Source of the DNA: Psilocybe cubensis
Lineage: Eukaryota
DNA: 64,000 bases
Reading direction: 5' to 3'
NCBI GenBank assembly: GCA_017499595.2
Contig: CM039003.1
Span: forward strand, 310,001 to 374,000
The number at the start of each line of letters is the position of its first letter. Position 1 is the stretch's first letter. Shown one piece after another: positions 50,578 to 64,000 of this stretch. The translations under genes and the position numbers were made by a program. The notes under the pieces are model-generated. The model was given only the letters and a program-made list of their open reading frames with translations. It searched no databases and had not been told where the DNA came from.

Positions 50578-53180
50578 ATGAACGACCCTGGTCTTGGACA
50601 AGTCATTGAAAGATCAGAAGAACAGGTAACTGACGAAAGGAGGTATGTAGACTTGTAATGTTGTTTGTCTGTGGATACTAGCTCATGAAACTAGGTACCG
50701 CGGTGAACTAGAGCGTCGCCATACTGTAAAGCATCACAAGAAGAGACGCGAAGAATACGGAAACGATAGCGCTATATACCAGCCAACGTATGTGCATTTG
50801 CATTCTAGTGGAGTTTCGTTCATCAATGTTGGCAGGTTATGGTGGTTTTCTTCCACAGCTTTTCCTCTTTTCGCTGGAACGTTTGGCCCTGTATCTAATT
50901 TGTTCTCGGTCTGTGCCCTTGTACAGACATGGCGCATCTCAATTCTTGACGGGAAAAGAGTTCCCGACCCTCCTTGGTCAGCTTCTATGTTGTTAGATCA
51001 TCGTGAAGCTGATAGAATTGCCAGGTTGATCGCTATGAACATTTGCTCGCTTGTCTTTGCCCTAATAGCAAACCTCATCCTATTATTCAATTTTGCGAGA
51101 AGGATACCCTACATCATAGCGCAACCCTTGACCATCACGCTTTGGTAAGTAAGATGACGTGCTTGTAAATTTAGATCCACTGACGTTTTGAAAGGTACCT
51201 GGCATCGTTATTTCTGCTCCTCCCCATCTGTTTGGCCCACAATGACAACATCGACCCCAAGCCGTTCGTGGTGGTATGGACCCAGTCATATTACTATGCA
51301 TTGATCTCGTGTATTCTCTATTTCTGTGTCTCGACCCTTCTCCTTGTGTCGACTCTTGGTGCTACGGTATTCCATGCGTACAAGCCATCCTTTGCGACCC
51401 TGACGGGTCCACAGCGTACTTTGATGCTGCAGACGATATCTTTTACGCTCTATCTAGCTCTAGGAGCCGGTGTGTTTTCCACAGCAGAGGGATGGAGTTT
51501 CACGGATGGCGTTTATTGGGCCGATTATACTCTGCTCACAGTTGGCCTCGGCAGCGACTTTCCGCCAGTCACTACTCTCGGGAGGATGCTACTGATACCT
51601 TATGCTGCGTTCGGTATCACGCTACTTGGTCTCGTTGTTAGTAGCGTTCGTGGATTGGTCCTGGAACGCGCCAAAACCAAGGTCGCACTTCGACATCTTG
51701 GAAAGCAAAGAGAAAAATGGAAGCAAAACATCATCGAGCGAAGGCATCTTTCGAAAACGCCGGATTCTGAAATCGGTCTTACCAGATTTCAGAGATGGCG
51801 AAAAGCGTGGAAAGAAAAGAGATTGATGCGTCTGCCCAACCGATTATCCAAAGCTACTCCTGTTCATTTGGAAGGGCGGGAGCATCACAAGCGGTGGCAT
51901 CGCACCGAATTCGAGCTGATGAGATACATCGAAGAAAACGCCGAAAGAACTGAACGATATGCCGCCTTGACCGCCTCGTTTCTCGTTATAATCGTGGTGT
52001 GGATCGGTGGGTCTCTCATATTCTGGTCTTGTGAACTGGTACGCCCCTGTTCTTGCCTTTTGTCGAGTATCGCTGCTCAAGAATGTGTAGCACATCCAAT
52101 CGATGACCTATGTCGAATCATTGTATTTCACATATACAACCTTGTTGACCATCGGATACGGAGACTTTTACCCAAAATCGTTCGCCGGCAAGCCATTCTT
52201 CGTTGTATGGAGCTTGATATCCGTCCCAGCGATGACTGTATTGATCTCAAACATGGGGGACACCGTGGTGAAATGGGTGCAAGATGTAACTGTCTGGGCG
52301 AGCAGATGGACAATTCTTCCAGAACGAGATCCTCCCGAAACGCTCACGCCAGCGGTGAAACCAAAACATAAACGGCGTCTGTCTGTTCCACGCCGTCGAG
52401 AGCACGTCCATATCCGCCATCCTTCGCGTTCTCACAGATCACACGATATAGCAAATGACGAAAAGCAGTCGGAGGAGATGCATCACGATCACACTGGTAG
52501 ATTTGAACGCGACATTGAATTACTGGGGGAGCATGTCCGAGGGTTCGAGGAAGAGGAAGGGAGAGGCGGGAGTCTGGCCGCACGGCTGGCGCGCGAGATA
52601 TCTCACCTCGCAAAAGATATCAGGAGTAACCCACCCAAGAAATATTCATGGGAAGAGTGGTCAAGATGGCTCGAAATGTTGGGTGAGCATGAGCCACCAG
52701 AACCAACCATTCATCCACCTGCTTCGCCTATTGCACAATCTAACTCCAAATCACCGCCCCCCGAGGTTCTCATCCCGGACGCGCTTGATAGAACTAAATC
52801 TCAGACAAATGCGACAGCTGCGGCAGCTTCTTCTTCTGCCGAGAATGACTTAGAAGGTACAGCGACTTCGAGCTCTTTGCAAATTCACGCGCGACACGGT
52901 CAGCCAAATGCAACTGAAAATATACGCAGTAGGTCCGGCTCTGAGCATGACTGGCATTGGTCGTGGCTCGACGACCAGGGACCCCTCTTCAGCGAGTTAA
53001 CAGAGACCGAATGGATTATCGAGAAGCTGTGTTTCCGTATGGAAGAGGTTCTCGAAGATGAAATTCGCCAGGCCATTGGAGAAGGAGGAAAGCATAAATC
53101 AGGATGTAAAGTAAGATTGTTTTTACTTTATTGTCCTTCTAATTGTATTTTTATTGACACTCGACATTTAGTGCGAATAG
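50578..53180 (+). CDS. TOK1: TOK1-like two-pore outward-rectifier K+ channel (multi-exon)
   Basis: MNDPGL start, WWFSSTAFPLFAGTFGP, QRTLMLQT, pore 1 TLLTVGLG and pore 2 TLLTIGYGDFYP. The 3' end is approximate. Confidence 0.9.
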
Positions 53181-53696
53181 ACGACGAACGCTTGTTGATT
53201 TATTTTATTCCATCTTTCGCACAATATTCCTCCATGACCTTGAACCATTTGTCAGTTTTACAGAACACGAGCGACGTGTATTCCAATGCAATGAGCATTT
53301 TATATATATATTACACACCCCAGAAAGTGTTCACTGCTCAAATTGATTTCCGGCAAAGCAGAAACCCTTTTGTAATCGGAATATGGCCAAGTTAGAAGCT
53401 GAAACGACAATGTTATTACACTTCCGGTATGTTAAAGTCCAAACAAAATTTCTACGTGTACAGAATGACTTAAGGCATCAGTAAGATCGGCAGAAATAAG
53501 TCGTCAAAATTCCCACAATTTTCTTACCACCTCTCTCGTTTTTTCGGGAGGCACCCGGATGTAGCGGTTACCTTTCCGGAAATGATACGACGTCTGCGCA
53601 TAAATGGCCATTATTTATAGGCTGACCATTTATCATTGAATTCACAGGCCACTTGAACGCTCACCATACATTCATAACGCTTCCTTCCCTTGACCC

Positions 53697-54780
53697 ATGT
53701 CTTGTCCAAACTGTGCCAAAGGCGACTTCCTACCGGGAGAGCCGACAGGATCTATTAGAAGTGATTTCCAAAACGCTTACCTTGCTCCAGCTCCAGAAGG
53801 AGATTCGTCTTCCTACGCCGTTCTGCTTCTGACAGATGCTTTTGGCCTGCCTTTGAAAAATTGCAAAATAATGGCAGATGAAATGGCCAAGAGACTTCAA
53901 TGCGATGTTTGGATATCCGACTATTTCAATGGTGAGCTTCAGACCGTCAGCAGAGTACTTCGTGATTCTAATGAATACTTTAGGAAGGCCTTTGATACCA
54001 GTCAATGCTATGACTCTCCCAGATAAGCCTGGAGTGAAACTGAGTACTTGGGATTGGATAAAATTCTTCTTTACGGTGATCCCAAACATACCAACATTCA
54101 TAAGCAATAGACCATCTGTTACAGATCGGCGAGTCGAGTCGGTTCGTACAAATATATGATACATCTGCAGTTTCTGACCACCTATCCAGCTAATACATTC
54201 TCTGAAAGAAAAAAAGAAATATAAAAGCATTGGGGCAGTGGGGTATGTGGAATCATCTTTGCTACTGATCCTCAATTGAAGTACTCCAAGATATTGTTTC
54301 GGAGGATCTACATGCGTGCGCTTTGGTGGAACAGGCTTGGTTGACAGCGTTGTCGTTGTTCACCCCGGTAAATTCTCTCTGGACCAGGTCAAAGCTATAA
54401 AAGTTCCAACAGCATGGGCATGCGCAGAAGGTGACAAAGTTTGCAAGACTAAAAACTCAAAGGAACAACGCTGACGCTGCAAATGCTCTGACTTTATACT
54501 TTAGAGGATATGTGGTTTCCTGATACACTTCGTTCTGCCGCTGAGGCAGAGTTCGCATCGAGGAAAGGAAAAGATAACTTTGTAGAATACGAATTCAAAG
54601 AGTACAAGGGTAAATTCATACATCGTTCAATCTATTTGGCATTTGATATATATTTATGTCTCTTTAGGCACGACCCATGGGTTTGCCTCTCGTCCAAATG
54701 TTTCAATCCCAGAAGCAATAGAAGCTCATAAAGCCGCCCTTGATCAAACTATCGAGTGGTTCAAGAAAACGCTAGCCTAA
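53697..54780 (+). CDS. Dienelactone hydrolase family protein, copy 1
   Basis: MSCPNC, LLLTDAFG, intron-split GYCFGG nucleophile motif, HGFASRP and WFKKTLA*. Confidence 0.9.
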
Positions 54781-55037
54781 TGCATGCTTTGTAACCTCTT
54801 TAGTACAGAATCAGAAAACTCCCGCTGTAACTTATCTGAATGAAAAGCAAATGTTGCAGACTTTCTCATCGTAACGGTCCCAAGTGCAGTACTGACGTCG
54901 ACCTGCCGAACAAAAGTCCAGGATCGGCTGTGCCTGATCAAACTCTGATGGCAACCAACGGTGACTCCGGCTTTAATAAACCGCGACAACTCGCTCACTT
55001 TATCAAGAGCTAACTCATTTCTCGCTCTCACCGACCA

Positions 55038-56115
55038 ATGTCTTGTCCAGACTGCGTTAAGGGAGATTTTCTTCCCGGAGAACCAACAGGGACCATTAAA
55101 GTCGACTTTCAAAACGCTTACTTGGCTCCCGGACCAACAGAAGGCACTTCCACGCGCACAGTTTTGCTTTTGACAGATGTTTTTGGTTTGGCGTTGAAGA
55201 ATTGTAAGATAATGGCAGACGAAATGGCAAAGAAGCTCGAGTGTGATGTTTGGATACCTGATTACTTCAACGGTAACACTCTCGAAAAGACCTTTGCCTG
55301 AAGCATGACTGACACTGTTTTGCTCTTTGATCAGGGAGACCTCCGTTCCCATTAGATGCAATGGCCATGCCAGACAGACCTGGGGTGAAGCTAACCTTCT
55401 TCGACTACCTGAAATTCATATGGGCTGTGATTCCCAACATCCCAGGGCTTATCCGTTCTAGACCGTCTGTTGTTGATAAACGTCTGGAATCGGTTTGTGG
55501 TTACATTCAAAATGGTTACTCCTGCTAACCAACCTACCCAGTTCATACATCTTCTGAAGGAAAAGAAGGGATATGAAAAGATTGGAACAGTGGGGTAAGC
55601 AAATAGACATACTCTGATCATCTTAATATAACTAATGATGTATGATGTCCAGTTATTGCTTCGGAGGTGCTACTTGTGTTCGCATAGGAGGATCAGGCCT
55701 CGTCGACAGTGTTGTTGTTGCTCACCCAGGACCTTTCTCAATAAGTCAAGTCAGGGCCATAAAAGTCCCTACCGCATGGGTATGTGCAGAAGGTAAGAAT
55801 ATTCCATTGACAGTGACCTGAGATTATCGTAATCCGAGCACCCAGATGATATGACGTTCTCAAAATCCTTCCGTTCGGAGTGTGAAGCTCACCTTGCTGG
55901 GAGAAAGGGCAAGGAAAACTTCGTGGAATATGAATTTAAAGAGTACAAGGGTGAGTTTACCCATCCTTGAAGCTGTATGATGTTAATGCGGTTTGGTATC
56001 AGGAACAACCCATGGCTTTGCCTCCCGCCCGAATCTTGCTATCCCAGAGATACGAGAGGCACATCAAGCTGCTCTTGACCAAACTATCGAATGGTTCAAG
56101 AAGACTCTGATTTGA
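55038..56115 (+). CDS. Dienelactone hydrolase family protein, copy 2 (tandem paralogue)
   Basis: MSCPDC, LLLTDVFG, GYCFGG, HGFASRP and WFKKTLI*, with the same intron positions as copy 1. Confidence 0.9.
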
Positions 56116-56719
56116 TACATGCTTGGTAACTTTTTTTTATTTCAAGGATCACGCGGGTTCAAAGCGGGAATGTGATACGTTCAACATCGAGGTACACGCT
56201 GTCGGATGATACCAATTGTACCGATCGTCATTACAATCACACGGCCTCTCCACAGGAATTGAACGGCCGCCTGGATATTCACTCTTAAGCAAAAAAGCTG
56301 CCCATGCCTTGCTTCGCCCTGTGTATCTTTAGTTGAGAATCTGCGGCTTCTCGACGATCGCAGTCATCATCACAGTCAGACACTCACAATGCACATCAAC
56401 ATACTATCAGCTGACCAAAGTGAGTTTGTTGAGGATCACCAATTCTCAGGCTGCCACTTCTTTTCAGTGAACACGGTGTATTGAAAAACTTCGTTCGCTT
56501 TACCATTTGCCTCGTTGGAACCTTATCCCTGCAAAGCATATCAGAAATAGAGGGCTCGGATGCGTGAGGTGGAGCAGAATAATATTCGCTCAGGTGAAAT
56601 TATGATTCTTTGGCTAGGGCGCGCGGGGTTCGTTCAAAATTCGTAAAAGGAAACGGGAATCCCAGTTTACAATTTGATAACCGTTTCGACATATTGCGTT
56701 GATCCTTACGCAAGGCCTT

Positions 56720-59823
<3,104 letters not shown>

Positions 59824-60223
59824 GACCCTTGTTACTGATGAAAAAACAGGCTGAAGACCTTGAGAAAACCCAATGAGTTCGGTGATTATGCCAGGTGATC
59901 ACAGTGCACGCTTTCACGATGATAGACCCTAGAACACGCAGAGGATACGCCACCAATTGAGTTTGGAAAAAGCTCAGAGGCTGATCACAAGGGTGACATG
60001 AAATAAGGCCTTGACGATATCAGGTTCGAGGAAAACAAGAGCAGAGGCCCACCACTCTGAATGTCTTCCAGAAATAAGTCAGAAAGATGATGTAGACAAA
60101 TTTTTGTTATCAAATTCAAATTCCGCCTTGAACTTTCAAAAATAACAAACCACAATAACATTGCATCACAACGCGTGATGGCCACTTTGCTCGACGTTCT
60201 CAACAGCGACGACGGCTTGCTCA

Positions 60224-62161
60224 ATGTTGGGCGCACGGCGCTTTCTATGGCCCCTAATACTTCTAAATCTCTGTATAGCATCTCATGGATCTTCTTTTGA
60301 AATCTTTAACGAGAGCTTGTCGTTGAAAACCTTACAGGATGGCAAAGTTGCGTCCAAGTTCACATTTACAACTCTCCTGAAGGACGCTGCACCGAGGGAC
60401 CCTAGTACGCTGGATTCACAGGATGAATGTGTGTAAATGCGGCTTGATAATGTCGCTGTTATAACTCAACATCTATAGCCCAGCATTATACACTCTTCCC
60501 TCTTGCGTTGGGTCAGATCCTACGTCAATACGCTGTGACTGAAATGCATTTGGCCTTAAACGCTGGGAATTGGAATTACGATCGGTGGGGATATCCGGAA
60601 GAACAGGGTGTGGGTACAGGTGCTGAATTATGGGCGTGGATGGGCGATGGAGCTGCCATAACGTGAGTTTCTTCCAACTATTTGTGTGCTCCCCCAAAAT
60701 CACAAAGATTGTGCAATACCCAGGGTAGATGAACGATGGAAAGGGCTTCGGAATGCGCTTGCAGGTCTTTTTTGCGCTTCTCTCGGATCCCTGGATGAAT
60801 TGCGAACTACATCCCCCGCTCAAACTTTCATTCCTGAGGGCACGCTACCGGATTGGGGCGTTCCTCATACAGTTCGACACGCGTCATTACCTTCGGAACA
60901 TGTCTGCACCGAAAACTTGACGCCTTTTCTCAAACTCCTTCCTTGCAAATCTTTGTCTGGGATCGCTAGTCTCTTGAACCCACACCGCCTGTTCGATGCC
61001 GACTGGCACGGGATGGGGGTGCATGTTCTATGGCGCGAGGGAGAAGGAGTTGAGATGAGATTGACCTTCCAATCCGTGTCTGATCCTCTGCGCCATGATG
61101 CAGCGAAGAAGCAAGGTTCGTGTCCACTTGGTCCCATTTTCCTGCTTGACTAATTGCCCTCTTTAGATTGGTCCCTTCAATCGCTCTTTGACCGCACCAT
61201 TCACCGGTCATGCCCTGTCGCACACTCCAGTGAAATCGTTGTGGCTCTGCCGAAGAACGCCTTCTATTCAATCAAACCTGAACCTCCCGTCATTGACAGA
61301 AGTTCGGCACATTTCGATGTTAATATTCGTAAGGTCATCGCATATTCCGGGGTTCTTGTTCCTCAAAACTATGTTTAGATCAAAAGCCATTGGACGTCAT
61401 ATTAACATGGCCAGAGCCCTTTAGCTATCGTAAGTTTCTCACAGCTGTGACTGTAGGATTTCTAACTCTTTCTCTTGTTTGGCTTCCAGCTTTGGATTAT
61501 CAATCTGAATCCACAAATTTTTCTGTCAAACGAACTTTGAGAGGGCCGAGTCAGGCTCACGGTCAGCTTTCTCTCGTGATAACGAATCATCGGCCGTATA
61601 CTATTCATACATTGTATCTGGAAACCATGCCCTGGCTACTCCAATTTTATTTGCATACCCTTGAGGCGCGTGTGGACGGTGTTTTGCGAGGTTTGTCGGC
61701 ATCTAGCTGTCATAGAAATTTTTCAATTCTGACCTTCTCAATCAAATCAAGCGGATATCATCTCCAACCTTACCTATATCCCTTCGGTACCACACTCTCG
61801 GCCGACGACCTTCCAAGCTCTCTTGAGCCTCCCACCGAGTAGCACCGTCGAGATTACTATGGACGTTACGAAAGCTTTCTTGCGCTATACTGAGCACCCG
61901 CCGGATGCCCAGAGAGGCTGGGATCTCCCTCCTGCTATATTTACGCCCGTGGAATTCGCGAAAAATGGTACCTCTTTTTCTGTCAAAGAAGGCCGTCTGT
62001 ATACCTCAACCCTTCTTGTCGACCTGGCCACACCAGACTTCAGCATGCCTTACAATGTGATCATCTTCACTTGTTCCGTCATTGCATACATATTTGGCAG
62101 TATCTTCAATTTGTTAACTCGGCGGTTTGTAATAGTGCACATAGAACCCACCAAATCCTGA
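60224..62161 (+). CDS. GPI16: GPI transamidase subunit Gpi16/PIG-T
   Basis: Signal peptide, RWKGLRNALAGLFCASL, LPSEHVCTENLTPFLKLLPC, EHPPDAQRGWDLPPA, and LATPDFSMPYNVII followed by a transmembrane helix. Confidence 0.95.
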
Positions 62162-64000
62162 CGATACCGTTTGTAATAAACATAATTTATTCATCCATCT
62201 GGTCCGCGGTTTGGCAATAGTATTACCGGCTTTGCGTCCTGTTACGCAATGGTGGCGACAGATAAAGCCCTGCTATGGGTTTAACGAGGTATCGCCTTTT
62301 GTTGGCCTGTTCTTTGAAGGCCACACACCGGTAATACTAATCCAATCTCAAGGGCACTACGAGACACGTTTATGACAGATAAGGATGAAGAGCGGTATAT
62401 CACCTCTTGAATGGTCCCCGAAGTCCGCGAAGCAGACATCACGGATCTTGAGTGAAGAGTCGAGTCGCTATCGCTATCGTCCTATCGCCCAGACGCCCTC
62501 GTTCTCATCCCTAGTTTATCAATGCGCAATCAGTGAGAGCGGAAGCTCGGAATTTCTTTTGCACGGTCCTCCCCTTTCCACATGCGATAGCTCCTCAAAT
62601 ATCGCTTTTAGAAGCCATGTTATAGTCCAGTTTCACACGATTTAGGTGTGGCACATCGAGCTACATGATCTTACCGCGCATCACCACGCACCACCTTGGT
62701 GTTGTGTTCCTTGACAAATACGTCGTGATAGAAAGGCCGGGCGACGTATGACGAATATAGATGGCCTTGTTAGGATGATCTCGATCTTCGCTTTAACAAA
62801 CGGCCAAGGATTTGGTTCCGTTTGAGAGATACTCTAGCACTGTAGCTTCCTCGGGAGAGACGGTCCCTGGCGGTCCTCGATGTTATTGTTTCAAATACCG
62901 TCATTGACTCGGTGAGCCCATGATGCCATCCCCTTTTCAATATCATTACGCGGGTTATTGTTATCAAATGTGATATTAATGCAAATAAAGAATGAAAGAG
63001 AATGTTGAAAGGCCGTCGCTTAGTGCCTCTTAGTGCGAGGGTCTTTACCTGCGCTGCCGAACTACCTTTAGCTCGTTAGGATCCTGACGACAGCCTGTTA
63101 AGTGAATAGAAGCCCGTCAAACCATCAATGAACGTTCAAGTGTCAGATTCAGTCGAAAGAGAATCTAAAAAGAAACATATACAAGCCCGAGTCACATGTA
63201 GAAATGGGCAATCAATACCTCAGATGCCATAAACATCGGAACGGAAGGAAAGGAGATCTTATAAAAAACATTATTTACACATGTGGGTAATCCCACGGCC
63301 CTGCTATGAGCGTTGGACGGATGTTGATGGAAGGTTTATGATGGACCAAAGTGCTACGCCCCATCTTGGCCTTTATCCTATCTCTCATTGGAGCTTCCCG
63401 AATTCGCATAAAGTACTTAAGCACCCATGTTTCTTTAGTCTCTCTCCACCGCCCCTTGCTCGCCCCCACTACATATTTCCTCCTCCAAGTCTATTCTTCT
63501 CCCCCGTCTCCCTTCCAAGTACTAGACTTGGCTTTATATAGGAGCCCCCCCAAGACCATCAACTTCTCGAATCACTCGTCATAACATGTGCCAACAGATC
63601 GCGTATGTCCTCGTTTAACCATGACGTTGTTGCCGTCTCCTAACTTTCATTTGTTTCCAGTGAAGGGACGCGGTGGACTCGTTGTGGGGTATGTTCCTGA
63701 GACCTATTGGCGCCCATATATCCCTGGACCAACCTGCTATATTCATATACAGCACTTCCAACGCCACCTTGTCGTGGCTATCCTCGACTGCAATAAGGCG
63801 CGCTGCGAGCGCAGCTACTCTCACCCCCCAGCGTGTCGGCTGCCAACATGTTATAGTGTAAGTTGGTATCTACCTGGGACGACCGCTAAGGGACCGGCTC
63901 ACAGCGGCGGCGCACCAGTCCCTTGGCGTTTCTCCGTTCCGTTCCAGTCGTGACACTTCATCTAATCTGTTATCTCGATTTGCAATTTTTTTTATCCGCA

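Noticed and set aside
51532-51560. Unusual GLG selectivity filter in K+ channel pore 1
   Set aside because: TVGLG in the first pore is normal for TOK1-family channels.
63200-64000. Gene start at the right edge
   Set aside because: Pyrimidine tracts and splice-like sites suggest a 5' region, but no product could be assigned within the window.

Overview
Eukaryotic, intron-rich fungal DNA (short ~45-60 nt GT-AG introns; gene families typical of Agaricomycete basidiomycetes). It has three zones. (1) 1-15.2 kb is repeat-derived. It holds two copies (offset ~12.9 kb) of a RHO1 pseudogene segment, an apparently intact TA-flanked Tc1/mariner-IS630-like transposon (2446-5705), a nine-copy ~30-bp motif array, and degenerate ~500-bp tandem units. 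It also holds a TATA-led, apparently non-coding unit with ~15 back-to-back short introns and micro-exons (11429-12920) that runs into the second RHO1 copy. (2) 19-34.5 kb holds lineage-variable genes: a C2H2 zinc-finger protein, small hypotheticals, an F-box-like plus nucleotidyltransferase-motif protein, a DUF6533-type membrane protein and a ~1739-aa C2-like/TPR/CHAT protease. (3) 34.9-62.2 kb holds mostly conserved genes: LAA1/HEATR5, a histidine phosphatase, a dual-specificity phosphatase, a TOK1-like K+ channel, two dienelactone hydrolases, AFG2 and GPI16. All exon models were spliced by eye, no searches were run, and family assignments rest on recognised motifs.
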